Source: Thermoplasmata archaeon (GTDB taxonomy: Archaea > Thermoplasmatota > Thermoplasmata > Lutacidiplasmatales > UBA184). Taken from it: a stretch of 64,000 nucleotides of DNA. The notes under the pieces were generated by a model. It worked only from the letters and a program-made list of their open reading frames with translations, made no database searches and was not told the DNA's origin. The DNA lies in NCBI GenBank assembly GCA_035501555.1, contig DATJWA010000001.1, forward strand, positions 2,202 to 66,201, given 5' to 3'. Shown here one piece after another: positions 1 through 9,492 of the stretch. The position numbers and the translations under genes are program-made. Within the stretch, counting starts at the first letter, position 1, and each line of letters opens with the position of its first letter.

Positions 1-2
1 CG

Positions 3-758
3 GTGCGGGGAGGAGGGAGGAGCTTGGCTCGGGGTCGCCGGGAGGTCGTGGTCGGACGGATCGCCCGGATGGACCGCGACCGTCCCCGGAGGGTCGGCAT
101 CCCCGAGGTGGTCCTGGGGGAGGGCAAGACCGTCGGCCACCTCCTCGAGATCCTGCGGCGGCTCCATGGGGAGGGGATGGGGGCCCTCGTCTCCCGCCCC
201 ACCCGGTCCCAGCGCACGGCGATCGCGCGAGCGGCCCGGGACGGCCTGCCCACGAAAGAGCTGGCCGGGGGCCGGTTGATCCGCCTGGCCGGTCCCCTCG
301 GCGCCGACTACCGAGAAGGCCTGGTGGCCGTCGTCACCGCGGGCACGAGCGACATTCCGCTGGCGGAGGAGGCACGGGGAATCCTGGAGGAGCTCGGGCT
401 TCGCGTGGTGTCCGCGAACGATGTCGGGGTCGCCGGCCTACACCGGCTGTTGCGAGCGTTGCGGTCGCTCGAGCGCTCGGGGCCCGAGATCTATCTCGTC
501 TTCGCGGGACGGGAGGGCGCCCTGCCCACGGTCGTCGCCGGCATGGTCCACGCCCCCGTGGTCGGCGTGCCGACCTCTGTGGGGTACGGACGCGGGGGGC
601 GGGGAGAGGCTGCGCTGAACGCGATGCTCCAGTCCTGTGCCCCCCTCGCCGTGGTCAACATTGACGCGGCGGTGCCCGCAGCGCTGTTCGCAGCCCAGCG
701 ATTCGCCCGGCCGGTCCGCGGCCGGGGACGCGGCAAGAAGGCGCCCCGGTCCCGATGA
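3..758 (+). CDS. larB: Nickel-pincer cofactor biosynthesis protein LarB (PurE-like); start uncertain at window edge
   Basis: Motifs PEVVLGEGK, TAGTSD, DVGVAGLHR, AGREGALP, VPTSVGYG, MLQSCA and VVNID are typical of LarB. Confidence 0.9.
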   Translation: MRGGGRSLARGRREVVVGRIARMDRDRPRRVGIPEVVLGEGKTVGHLLEILRRLHGEGMGALVSRPTRSQRTAIARAARDGLPTKELAGGRLIRLAGPLGADYREGLVAVVTAGTSDIPLAEEARGILEELGLRVVSANDVGVAGLHRLLRALRSLERSGPEIYLVFAGREGALPTVVAGMVHAPVVGVPTSVGYGRGGRGEAALNAMLQSCAPLAVVNIDAAVPAALFAAQRFARPVRGRGRGKKAPRSR

Positions 759-1438
759 CCGAGCCGCCCTCCCCATCGGCCTGGCCCCCCCTCGAGACCC
801 GGCGGGCCGGGTTCGAACGCATCTATACCGAGCAGCCGGAGCGGTTCACCGGCGGGCCCAGCCGGTTCGCCTCCTGGGCCCTCGAGGTCCTCCGGACCCA
901 CGTCCCCGCCGGGCGCGTGCTCGACCTCGGGTGCGGCCTCGGGCGCGACGCCCGGCACCTGGCCGCCTCCGGGTACTCGGTGCTCGCGACCGACTTCTCG
1001 CCGACCGCGATCGCTCGAGCGCGGGCGGTTCCCGATGCGCCGCGGGGCCTCCGGTTCGAGGCCACTGACGCCGTGAGCGCCCTCCAGTCCGGGCGGGATG
1101 GCTCCTGGGACGTCGTGTATTCCCACGCCGTCTACATGATGCTCTCGGACGAGGAGCTCGCCACCGTGTTCCGGGAGGTCCGGCGCGTGCTGCGGCCCGG
1201 CGGCCTCCACCTCTACGCGGTCCGCTCCGTGACCGACCCAGCGGCAGGCCATGGGGAGGAGGTCGCCCCCGACGTCTGGCGCCGCCTTGCCCCGCCGGGA
1301 GGGTCGGGGCCGCTCCCTCCGTACCGGTACTTCCGCCCCGAGACCCTGGACCGGTGGACCCGGACCGGCTTCGAGCGGGTGGCGGCCGAGCTGGCCGCGG
1401 ACCTCCACTTCTGGTTCGTCGCCGACCGTCGCCCCTGA
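755..1438 (+). CDS. Class I SAM-dependent methyltransferase
   Basis: VLDLGCGLG motif I and RVLRPGG; ATGA overlap with larB. Confidence 0.85.
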   Translation: MTEPPSPSAWPPLETRRAGFERIYTEQPERFTGGPSRFASWALEVLRTHVPAGRVLDLGCGLGRDARHLAASGYSVLATDFSPTAIARARAVPDAPRGLRFEATDAVSALQSGRDGSWDVVYSHAVYMMLSDEELATVFREVRRVLRPGGLHLYAVRSVTDPAAGHGEEVAPDVWRRLAPPGGSGPLPPYRYFRPETLDRWTRTGFERVAAELAADLHFWFVADRRP

Positions 1439-1512
1439 GGGGGTCTGTCGGACGACCCCGGAAGGGCTTTTCTGGGGTCCGATGCCTCCGGCCGGACGTG
1501 CCGTCGCGCTCG

Positions 1513-2400
1513 ATGCTCTCCGAGGAGGGGGAGGAACGGGAAGCCGCGACCCGGACCCGCCTCCGCGAGCTCGAGTCGAAGTTCCGCTCCCTCGAGGACA
1601 AGCGCCGGGCCCTGATCGACGAGATGCGCCGCCTCTCGGGCGAGCAGAAGGCGCTCTACGACCGTCGCCAGGCCCCGCAGGCGGAGGTCGAACAGATGTA
1701 CGCGGAGCACGGGGAGCTCGGCCACCGGCTCGTCGCCACCCGCAAGGCCCTCGAGGCGGCCCGCCGACACCTGGAGGCGGCCGTTGCCGGGCTCCGCGAG
1801 CTCCGAGCCGGCTTCCCCCCGACCGACCGGCTCCGTCCCGCGCAGCTGAAGCGGGAGATCGCGGAGATGGAGCACCGCCAGCAGACCTCGGTGCTCAGCC
1901 TGGACGACGAGAAGGCGCTGATCCTCCGCCTGCGCGAGCGGACCAAGGAGCTGAAGGAGGCCGAGGCCCGGGTCGCGGTCGTCGCCGAGCACGAGCGCCT
2001 CCGCAAGGAGGCGGAGGGGAGGGTGACGGCCTGCCGGGGGGAGGTCGACCGGCTCGTCCTCGAGCTCACGACGACCCGAAAGGAGCGGGACGCCAAGATG
2101 GAGGCGATCCGCGCGCGCCTCGTGGACGCGGGCGGGGTGGTGGCCGAGCTGCGGGCGAAGGGAAAGGCCCGGGCGGCCGTGATGGAGCAGATCGACCGCG
2201 TGAGCGGGGAGATGGCCGGGGTCGACCGGGAGGCCCATCAGCTGATCGGGGAGTCCCGGGCCCGGCGCGAGGAGGCCCGTCGCACGATGCGCACCTACTC
2301 CCGCTCGGCGCACCGGACGACCGAGGACATGATCGCCTCGGCGGCCGAGGCGAACCTCGAGGAGCTCCTGAAGCGGGGCAAGGTCACCCTCGGCGGGTGA
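1513..2400 (+). CDS. Archaeal long coiled-coil protein (COG1340-like)
   Basis: Heptad-rich E/R/L/A sequence with the EHRQQTSVLSLDDEK segment and a KRGKVTL C-terminus; start set at ATG 1513. Confidence 0.7.
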   Translation: MLSEEGEEREAATRTRLRELESKFRSLEDKRRALIDEMRRLSGEQKALYDRRQAPQAEVEQMYAEHGELGHRLVATRKALEAARRHLEAAVAGLRELRAGFPPTDRLRPAQLKREIAEMEHRQQTSVLSLDDEKALILRLRERTKELKEAEARVAVVAEHERLRKEAEGRVTACRGEVDRLVLELTTTRKERDAKMEAIRARLVDAGGVVAELRAKGKARAAVMEQIDRVSGEMAGVDREAHQLIGESRARREEARRTMRTYSRSAHRTTEDMIASAAEANLEELLKRGKVTLGG

Positions 2401-2425
2401 ACGACGGGCACGGGCCGGGCGGCGC

Positions 2426-3358
2426 TCAGCTCGTGACGATGGAGACGAGCGTGATCCGGAACGCCAGGCTCTGGCCGACGACCTCCGAGTTCCAGTTCAT
2501 CGTGTAGGTCTGGTTCGCCAGGTTCACGCCCGCGATCAGGAAGTGGGTGGTCGGGACCCCCCCGCACGAGCGGCTGGTCGGGAAGCTGCCGACGAAGCTG
2601 GCGTAGTTCTGGACGGTGATGCCGTTGAGCAGCGTGATGGAGGTCGAGTTGATCGCGGTGACCGTCGCGTTCCACCCGCTCAGGTGCGAGACGAACCCGA
2701 TGGTCGGCAGGCTCTCCACCGTGACCCAGCTCGCGTTGGCGGCGAAGACGAGGTCGGTCCAGTCGTAGACCGGGTCGGCGAAGGTCGCACCGAGCGTGGG
2801 GGAAGCGCCCGGGTAGGTCGTGGAGAAGTTGGCGGCCGGCACGACGTTCAGCACGGGGGTGCTGAAGCTCAGCGGGGCGGTCGCCTCGCACGCGGGGTTG
2901 AGCGGCCCGTAGGCCAGGTTGACCGGGATCGTCACCCACCGGCTCTGGTTCACGACCATGCCGAGCATCCCCTGCCAGAAGCCCGGGACGACGCCCGAGA
3001 ACGTCTGGTTCCCGACCGTGTACTGGCCGTTGTAGGAGCCGAGGTAGACCCCGAGAGGCGTGTAGCTGCTCGCCGACCCCGAGTGCGTGTAGGGGAACTC
3101 GAGGGACTTCGGGTAGGAGGCGTTGTCGAGGTACACCGAGTAGATCGACGTGTCGAAGACCCGGCCCGTCTCGGGCCCGCTCGCGAACTCCCCGATGTAG
3201 TTCACCGTGACGTTGTCGCCGGCCTGGCTGGTCGGCGGGCCGGCGTTGGACGGCGGCACGAGGTACTTGTGAGCGAAATAGAGGCCGGCCCCGGCGACGG
3301 CGATCACGACCACGATGAGCACGACCACGAGGATGCGGGAGGGGCCGGTGGTTGCCAT
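2426..3358 (-). CDS. Membrane-anchored FKBP-type peptidyl-prolyl isomerase
   Basis: N-terminal TM helix; FKBP elements GDNVTVNYIG, GRVFDTS, VVPGF..G..GM, AYG and C-terminal GQSLAFRITLVSI. Confidence 0.8.
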   Translation of the reverse strand: MATTGPSRILVVVLIVVVIAVAGAGLYFAHKYLVPPSNAGPPTSQAGDNVTVNYIGEFASGPETGRVFDTSIYSVYLDNASYPKSLEFPYTHSGSASSYTPLGVYLGSYNGQYTVGNQTFSGVVPGFWQGMLGMVVNQSRWVTIPVNLAYGPLNPACEATAPLSFSTPVLNVVPAANFSTTYPGASPTLGATFADPVYDWTDLVFAANASWVTVESLPTIGFVSHLSGWNATVTAINSTSITLLNGITVQNYASFVGSFPTSRSCGGVPTTHFLIAGVNLANQTYTMNWNSEVVGQSLAFRITLVSIVTS

Positions 3359-3383
3359 GGTGTCAGAGCGTCGACGGGGAGGT

Positions 3384-3445
3384 GGGGGTCAGTTCGTCGC
3401 AGGTCTCGTCACGGGATCGGAGAGACAGGTGGTCCTCATTCCCCC
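3384..3445 (-). ncRNA. Archaeal box C/D 2'-O-methylation guide sRNA
   Basis: Minus strand reads GGGGG-A-[C box ATGAGGA]-12 nt guide-[D' CCGA]-TCCC-[C' GTGACGA]-13 nt guide-[D CTGA]-CCCCC. It has a terminal G5/C5 stem, canonical spacing and a TATA box 22-28 nt upstream. Confidence 0.8.
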
Positions 3446-3466
3446 GCGCCCCCGAGTCCGCCCCTG

Positions 3467-3473
3467 ATATAAA
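3467..3473 (-). promoter_or_regulatory. TATA box (TTTATAT) for the C/D sRNA and FKBP transcript
   Basis: AT-rich TTTATAT in a GC-rich background, 22-28 nt upstream of the sRNA 5' stem. Confidence 0.7.
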
Positions 3474-3505
3474 TGCTCCCGACCGCGCAGAGCGGGCCTC
3501 GGGCC

Positions 3506-4432
3506 TTAGGACGGTCGTTGCGAGAGCCGGAGCTTCCCGACGATCGGTTCCTCGACGACCCCCTCCTCCTCGAGGCGCGTGAGGACCTCCTCCGCGCGGG
3601 TCCCGACGAGCCCCTGCGAGCTCACCCGGGCGAGCAGTTCCCGCCGGTCGGCGTAGCTGTCGAGCGAGGCGTCCGCCACCTGGTCGAGGAGATCGAGGAC
3701 GAGCGCCTCCTCGGCTCGCTCGGCGGCACTGGGGGGCGCCCGCGCGGGAGGGGGCGCGGCGTGCCGGACCCGGACCGTAGGAGCCGGCGGAGGCGGGGGC
3801 ACGACCGAGGTGGTCCCCCCGACCCGGCGGATGACGGCGGCGAGGCTCGCTCGGAACGGGCCGCGGTCGGCCGACGGATACCGGCGCAAGGACTCCTGCG
3901 CCGCACGGATCCAGAGCGTCGGGGTCCCGTCCGCACCGAGCGCCTCGACCGAGACTTCCGGCTCGGCGACGAGCCGCCCGAGCAGGTCGAGGCGGTCGAG
4001 CGTCTGGCGGGCCACTTCAGCGAGAACGGCCCGTTCCTCCGACTCGGAGACCGACCGGAGCGCCTCGGCGCGGAGGGAGACGTAGCCGGTGCCGTCCCGG
4101 CCGCGGTAGAGGTGGACCTTCCCCACCACCAGCGCGGGGCGCGCGTCGGTGACGGCGCGCAGCTGGGCCATCGCCCGGGGCTGGAAGCTCCCCGCGGTGA
4201 CCACGACCGAGCCGGTCGGGTCGGTCAGTCGGGCTCGCCAGAACGGCTGGGTCTCCTCCCGTCCGACCGCCTCGGCCGGCGACAACGTGCCCGCGACCAG
4301 CACTCGGTTGAATCGACCCCCGAACGGCGAGACAAGGTAGGAGGCGGCCCGTTCCCCGGACCCCCGTTCCTCCTCGGTGGAGGCCTCGAGCTCCCGGGCG
4401 GTGACGCGCCAGGCCGGCTCGCGGAAGCTCAT
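3506..4432 (-). CDS. RPA-associated OB-fold protein (COG3390-like) with C-terminal wHTH
   Basis: REPAWRV.A.E, NRVLVAGTL, ARLTDPTG and VVGK motifs; ATGA overlap with the upstream RPA gene. Confidence 0.8.
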   Translation of the reverse strand: MSFREPAWRVTARELEASTEEERGSGERAASYLVSPFGGRFNRVLVAGTLSPAEAVGREETQPFWRARLTDPTGSVVVTAGSFQPRAMAQLRAVTDARPALVVGKVHLYRGRDGTGYVSLRAEALRSVSESEERAVLAEVARQTLDRLDLLGRLVAEPEVSVEALGADGTPTLWIRAAQESLRRYPSADRGPFRASLAAVIRRVGGTTSVVPPPPPAPTVRVRHAAPPPARAPPSAAERAEEALVLDLLDQVADASLDSYADRRELLARVSSQGLVGTRAEEVLTRLEEEGVVEEPIVGKLRLSQRPS

Positions 4433-5598
4433 CGGCGCGTGCTCCCGAACCGGACGCTGAGCTCCTCCGCGGTCGACTCAAGGTCGACCTCGGCCGAGTC
4501 GATCCGGTCCGGCGTGATCGTGACCCCGAAGTCGTCCTTGGAGCCGGCCCCTCGGACCCGCAGGCGTCGGCCGAGGAGTGCATCGAGCAGCTCACCTTCC
4601 AGGACGGAGACGTCGGGCTGATCGCGAAGGCGGGCGCGGCACGCATCCAGCGTCGTTCCCCACAGACGCTCGGTCTCTGCCCGGCCGGCGTTGACCGTCA
4701 CGGCACCGGTCCCGTCGTCGAGCACGATCCGGGCCCGCAGGTCAAGCTCGCCGGTGACGGCACCGTGCACCCGACAGACCCCGCCCTGCACCGACCGACG
4801 GCACTGAGGGCAACGGTAGACGAGGCCGCTCGGAGGGAGCAGACCAACGACCCGGCCCTCCACGGAGACCGAGGCCCCCCCGCCCTCCTCCTCGACCCGG
4901 GCCATCGAGCGGGGCGGGGCCTCGAGGACCTCGGCCGCTTCGGGGAGGTCGGCCCGCTCGAGGCGACGGACGCTCGTACGCTCGTCCAGCACGAGCTGGA
5001 CCGCTCCCCGGAAGCTCCGGACGTATCCGCCCACGACCTCGACGGCCTCCCCGGGAGCGAGCCGGAAGTCCGACCAGGCGGAGAACGAGACGGTGCCGGT
5101 TCGGTCCGCGAGAAGCCCCTCGAAGACGACCCGCCGCTCCTCCCCGACCGAGACGGTGCGCTCGGCGACGCGCACCACCCGGCCCTCGACCCGGAAGCCT
5201 TCGTCCGGGGGGCGAAGGTCGCGGAGCGCCCGACGAGGGATCTCGGCGGGGTCGAGACGCGGAAGCTCCGCCTCGCTCGCAGGGCCGACCCGCGAGCGCC
5301 AGGTGAACGACACCTCGGGGCGGCCCCGGTACTCCCCGACCTCGGGAGCGACCGCACGGATGACGGTCCCGCGCTCCACCCCCTCACGGGGCGGGTCCCA
5401 CCAGCTGAACCGGACCGTCGCGGTCCCGTCGCTGAGCAGACCCGAGAGCAGGGGCCGACGACTCCCATCGGACTTGCGGGTCACCTCGCGCCGCTGGCAC
5501 GTGACGATTCGGGCGACGAACTCGACCGGGGAGTCGGACGGCTTGAGGTCGCGAAGACGCACCTCCCGGGGAGCTTCGGTGGAGGAATTCGCGGGCAT
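4429..5598 (-). CDS. rpa: Replication protein A (multi-OB-fold, zinc finger)
   Basis: Repeated OB folds (GLLSDGTATVRFSWW; GLLADRTGTVSFSAW) and CPQC..C.VHG zinc finger followed by DLRARIVLDDGTG; start ATG 5598. Confidence 0.85.
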   Translation of the reverse strand: MPANSSTEAPREVRLRDLKPSDSPVEFVARIVTCQRREVTRKSDGSRRPLLSGLLSDGTATVRFSWWDPPREGVERGTVIRAVAPEVGEYRGRPEVSFTWRSRVGPASEAELPRLDPAEIPRRALRDLRPPDEGFRVEGRVVRVAERTVSVGEERRVVFEGLLADRTGTVSFSAWSDFRLAPGEAVEVVGGYVRSFRGAVQLVLDERTSVRRLERADLPEAAEVLEAPPRSMARVEEEGGGASVSVEGRVVGLLPPSGLVYRCPQCRRSVQGGVCRVHGAVTGELDLRARIVLDDGTGAVTVNAGRAETERLWGTTLDACRARLRDQPDVSVLEGELLDALLGRRLRVRGAGSKDDFGVTITPDRIDSAEVDLESTAEELSVRFGSTRR

Positions 5599-5711
5599 CG
5601 AGCGACCCGGCGCGCCAGCGGGCCGGTCCGATAAAAGCCTCCCGCCCGCCGCGGAGGATGCGGCGAGCCTCCGCACAATCCTTTTCTCCCGAGCCAGCTC
5701 ACCGGCCCTCG

Positions 5712-6554
5712 GTGGCGCTGCGGTTCATCGACAGGGTGGACCGGATCCTGAAGGCGAGGGACTCGCTCGTCTGCGTCGGACTGGACCCCGACCCGGCGCT
5801 CCTCCCGAAGCCGATCACCCGATTGCCCGCAGGCCGACGCCTGGACCACTTCCTCCACGGGATCGTGGACGCCACGTACGACCACGCGGCGGCCTACAAG
5901 ATGCAGCTCGGCTGCTACCTCGCCTTCGGGGAAGCGGGGATGCGCTCGCTCGCCCGGCTGCCGGGCCGGATCGGCCCGAGCCGCATCCGCATCCTCGACC
6001 TGAAGGCCAACGACATCCCGAACACGATGCGGATGTTCCGGATGGGAGTGTTCGACGAGTTCGGGTTCGACGCCGTGACCGTCACGCCGTGGCTGGGCTG
6101 GGAGACCCTCGGGCCCTTCCTCGAGGACCCCGCCCGGGGGGTCTTCGTCGTGGCGCACTCCTCGAACCCGGGGGCGGTCGACTTCCAGGAGATCCCGACG
6201 CCGCGGGGCCCGCTGTGGCTCGCGATCGTCGGCGAGGTCCGACGGCTCGCCCACGCGCACGGGAACGTCGGGGCGGTGGTCGGGGCGACCTTCGCCGACG
6301 CCTTCCGCACGGCGCGCAGCGCCCTCGGCAACAAGATCCCGATCCTGGTACCCGGGATCGGGGCCCAGGGAGGGTCGCTCGCCACCGCCGTGCGCGAGGG
6401 GGTCGACTCGGAGGGGCGGGCGCTCCTGATCAACGCCTCCCGCTCGATCCTCTACGCCGCCTCCGACGCCACCTGGAAGAAGGCCGCCGGGGCCGAGGCC
6501 GAGCGCCTGAAGGTCCAGGTCAACCAGCTGCGCGCAGGTCTTCGTACAGACTGA
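5712..6554 (+). CDS. pyrF: Orotidine-5'-phosphate decarboxylase (subfamily 2)
   Basis: VCVGLDP, catalytic DLKANDIPNT, GAVVGAT, LVPGIGAQGG and NASRSI; GTG start inferred. Confidence 0.92.
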   Translation: MALRFIDRVDRILKARDSLVCVGLDPDPALLPKPITRLPAGRRLDHFLHGIVDATYDHAAAYKMQLGCYLAFGEAGMRSLARLPGRIGPSRIRILDLKANDIPNTMRMFRMGVFDEFGFDAVTVTPWLGWETLGPFLEDPARGVFVVAHSSNPGAVDFQEIPTPRGPLWLAIVGEVRRLAHAHGNVGAVVGATFADAFRTARSALGNKIPILVPGIGAQGGSLATAVREGVDSEGRALLINASRSILYAASDATWKKAAGAEAERLKVQVNQLRAGLRTD

Positions 6555-7653
6555 GAAGTTGGCCGGCGACCGTCGCGAGACCGTAGCGGGCCTCGGCCCG
6601 ACGGCGTCCGGCCGCGCCCATCCGACGCGCGAGCGCCGGGTCGTCGAGCATCGTGCGGACCTTCGCGGCGAGGTCCGAGGCGATCAGGGGCTCGACCAGC
6701 AGTCCCTCCACCCCGGGCTCGATGATCTCGCGGACCCCGGGGAGGTCGGCGACCACGACCGGCAGCCCCATCGCCATCGCCTCGGCGACCACGAGGCCGA
6801 ACCCTTCGAGGCGGCTCTGCGACGGGAAGACGAAGATGTCGGCCAGCGCGAGGAAGAGCGGAAGCTCCTCGTCGCTCACCGCCGGGCAGAACCGCACCCG
6901 GGCCTCGACGTCCAGCCTCCGGGCCATCCCAATGAGCGACGGGAGCCGGGGTCCCGCCCCGATCACGACCAGCACGACGTCGTCCGGGAGCAGGGCCAGT
7001 GCCTCCAGGATCACGTTGACGCCCTTGTGCGGGACGAGCCGCCCGGTGAACGCGAGGACCCTCTTGCCCTCGAGACGCAGCTCACCGCGAAGCCGGCTCG
7101 CGTCCAGCCCCGGCCGGAACCGCTCGAGGTCGACCACCGAGGGGATGACGGCGAGCTCGCGGCCCCTCAGCATCGCCGACGTGACCCCGTAGCTGCGCGT
7201 GTGCACGACCACCCGGTTGACACGGCGCAGGGTCGGCGGCACGAAGAACCGTTGGTAGGCTCCCGCGACGAGCCGCCCGGCCCGACCCGGGAGCTCGAGG
7301 TCGCAATGGTAGGTGAGGCAGACCGGGACCTTCCGGTTCGCGAGCCCCCGGGTCGCGAAGTAGGAGGTGAGGGGGGGCGGATAGTGGAGGTGGACCACGT
7401 CGGCGTCGAGGCGGCGCAACAGGCCGGTCATCCCCGGGTCGATCGGCGTGTTCGCCGCGACGAACAGGGTGCGGGCGCGCAGGATGCGGTACCCCTCCAC
7501 GCGTTCGTCCACGGGGAGGTGCCGGTCGTAGCGGGCCGTGACGACCGTCACGTCGTGGCCCTCGCGCGCGAACTCCCGGGCGAGGTTGCGTACATGGGAT
7601 TCCACCCCACCGGTGTGCGGCGCGAAGAACGGCGCGACCTGGACTATCCGCAC
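6520..7653 (-). CDS. Glycosyltransferase family 4
   Basis: GGVE N-terminal motif, GRLVPHKG, EGFGLVVAEAMAMG. Confidence 0.9.
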   Translation of the reverse strand: MRIVQVAPFFAPHTGGVESHVRNLAREFAREGHDVTVVTARYDRHLPVDERVEGYRILRARTLFVAANTPIDPGMTGLLRRLDADVVHLHYPPPLTSYFATRGLANRKVPVCLTYHCDLELPGRAGRLVAGAYQRFFVPPTLRRVNRVVVHTRSYGVTSAMLRGRELAVIPSVVDLERFRPGLDASRLRGELRLEGKRVLAFTGRLVPHKGVNVILEALALLPDDVVLVVIGAGPRLPSLIGMARRLDVEARVRFCPAVSDEELPLFLALADIFVFPSQSRLEGFGLVVAEAMAMGLPVVVADLPGVREIIEPGVEGLLVEPLIASDLAAKVRTMLDDPALARRMGAAGRRRAEARYGLATVAGQLLSLYEDLRAAG

Positions 7654-7718
7654 GGGCGACCCCCACGGGGACGAGGGCTATACGGCCAGCGGGAGCCCCG
7701 GTCCCGGGAAGAGAGGAC

Positions 7719-8660
7719 TCACGCCTCGGTCGGTCCCCGTCGGCGCGCCACGGGGGGCTCGGACTCCCGCCCCTGGAGAAGGGCCTCGGGCGGCAGCGTG
7801 ACCACGTCGACCCCCCGCATCGCCTCGCCCAGGCCGGCCGAGACGCGCGCGAGGACCTCGGGCTCCTCGTAGTGGAGGGACGCCTCCACGATCGCCCGGG
7901 CGACCTTCATCGGATGCTCGGACTTGAAGATCCCGCTGCCGACGAACAGCCCGTCGACGCCGAGCAGGCGGCAGAGGGCCGCATCCGCCGGCGTCGCGAT
8001 CCCGCCGGCTGCGAAGTTGACGACCGGTAGGCGTCCGAGCGAGCGTACCTCCTGGCAGACCGTCTCGGTCACGCGCTCCTTCTTCGCCCACGCCGCGACA
8101 TCCCGCTTGGGGAGCTTCACGAGCTCGTCGACCTCGCCGGAGATCTGGCGGATGTGGCGCACGGCCTCGACGACGTTGCCGGTCCCCGCCTCGCCCTTCG
8201 TCCGGATCATCGCAGCTCCCTCGTCGATGCGCCGGAGCGCTTCGCCGAGGTTGCGGGCGCCGCAGACGAACGGCACGGTGAACGCCTTCTTGTCGACGTG
8301 GTGGAACGGGTCGGCCGGCGTGAGGACCTCGGACTCGTCGACCATGTCGACGCCCAGGGACTCTAGAATGCGGGCCTCGGCGGTGTGCCCGATCCGGCAC
8401 TTGGCCATGACCGGGATGGAGACCCGCTCGCGGATCTCGCGGACCTTCACGGGGTCGGCCATCCGGGCGACGCCCCCCGCGGCCCGGATGTCCGCGGGCA
8501 CCCGCTCGAGCGCCATGACCGCGACGGCTCCCGCCTCCTCCGCGATCGCCGCCTGGTCGGCGGTTGTGACGTCCATGATCACCCCGCCCTGCTGCATGCG
8601 CGCGAAGCCGCGCTTCACGAGCTCCGTCCCGAAGCGGAGCTTCTCGATCGGATCGGACAT
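7719..8660 (-). CDS. pdxS: Pyridoxal 5'-phosphate synthase lyase subunit
   Basis: [52 protein letters not shown]. Confidence 0.95.
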   Translation of the reverse strand: MSDPIEKLRFGTELVKRGFARMQQGGVIMDVTTADQAAIAEEAGAVAVMALERVPADIRAAGGVARMADPVKVREIRERVSIPVMAKCRIGHTAEARILESLGVDMVDESEVLTPADPFHHVDKKAFTVPFVCGARNLGEALRRIDEGAAMIRTKGEAGTGNVVEAVRHIRQISGEVDELVKLPKRDVAAWAKKERVTETVCQEVRSLGRLPVVNFAAGGIATPADAALCRLLGVDGLFVGSGIFKSEHPMKVARAIVEASLHYEEPEVLARVSAGLGEAMRGVDVVTLPPEALLQGRESEPPVARRRGPTEA

Positions 8661-8799
8661 CGGACCGTCTTCCCCCGAGCAAACGATGCGGCGCAAGTAT
8701 AAGACCGCGGGGTCGGGCCGGGGTCCGTACGGAGCGGCCCAGGACCCCCGAGGGAGCGCTCGCGCGAACGCTGATATTCGCTCGCGGCTACCGCCCCGG

Positions 8800-9336
8800 G
8801 TGCGGGACGTTCAGATTCGACCGGGTCGGCTGGAGGACCTGGAGGCGATCACCGCCATCTACAACCATTACGTCGCGACCGCCGCCTGCACGTTCGAGAC
8901 CCGGCAGGCGCCGGCCTCCGAGCGGACCGCCTGGTTCGCCCAGCACACCGGTGGCCCGTACCGCCTGTGGGTGGCGGCCCCGGTGGGGGGTCCGGTCGTC
9001 GGCTGGGCGGAGACGGGCAAGTTCCGGCCCCGACCCGCCTACGACACCACGGTCGAGGTGAGCGTCTACCTCTCCCCCGACTGGGTGGGGAACGGGCTCG
9101 GTTCGCGGCTCTACCGGGTGCTCTTCGACTCGATCGCGGAGGAGAAGCTCCACCGGGCCGTCGCGGTGATCGCGCTCCCTAACCCCCCCTCCGTGGCCCT
9201 CCACACGCGGTGGGGGTTCCGGGAGGTCGGCCGCCTCCCCGAGGTCGGCTGGAAGTTCGGCCGGTACTGGGACGTGGGGCTGTTCGCGCGTCCGCTCGAG
9301 CCCGGGCAGGGCGCCCGCCCCGAGGGGAAGCGTTAA
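8800..9336 (+). CDS. GNAT N-acetyltransferase (phosphinothricin/YncA-like)
   Basis: [25 protein letters not shown]...[16 protein letters not shown] start inferred. Confidence 0.85.
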   Translation: MRDVQIRPGRLEDLEAITAIYNHYVATAACTFETRQAPASERTAWFAQHTGGPYRLWVAAPVGGPVVGWAETGKFRPRPAYDTTVEVSVYLSPDWVGNGLGSRLYRVLFDSIAEEKLHRAVAVIALPNPPSVALHTRWGFREVGRLPEVGWKFGRYWDVGLFARPLEPGQGARPEGKR

Positions 9337-9355
9337 TCGCCCCGGGGCCATCGAC

Positions 9356-9447
9356 TCCCCCGCAGGGGGAGCTGGGCACCGGCTGAGAGGACGAGGGGAA
9401 CCTCGTCGACCCCACGAACCTGCTCGGGATAATGCCCGCGAAGGGAA
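9356..9447 (+). promoter_or_regulatory. TPP (THI-box) riboswitch
   Basis: AGGGG, P3 agctgg/ccggct, TGAGAG, P3a gacgagg-GGAA-cctcgtc, GACCCC..GAACCTG, cGGGATAATGCCCg and AGGGA; directly upstream of a thiamine ABC transporter. Confidence 0.93.
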
Positions 9448-9492
9448 CGCAATGCCGCCCATAGACAGCCTCTCCGCCGGACCTGCGGAGGG

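Noticed and set aside
3389..3439. 16-codon uORF (MRTTCLSDPVTRPATN*) upstream of FKBP
   Set aside because: Its ATG and TGA are parts of the C and D boxes; the box C/D sRNA explains the sequence better.
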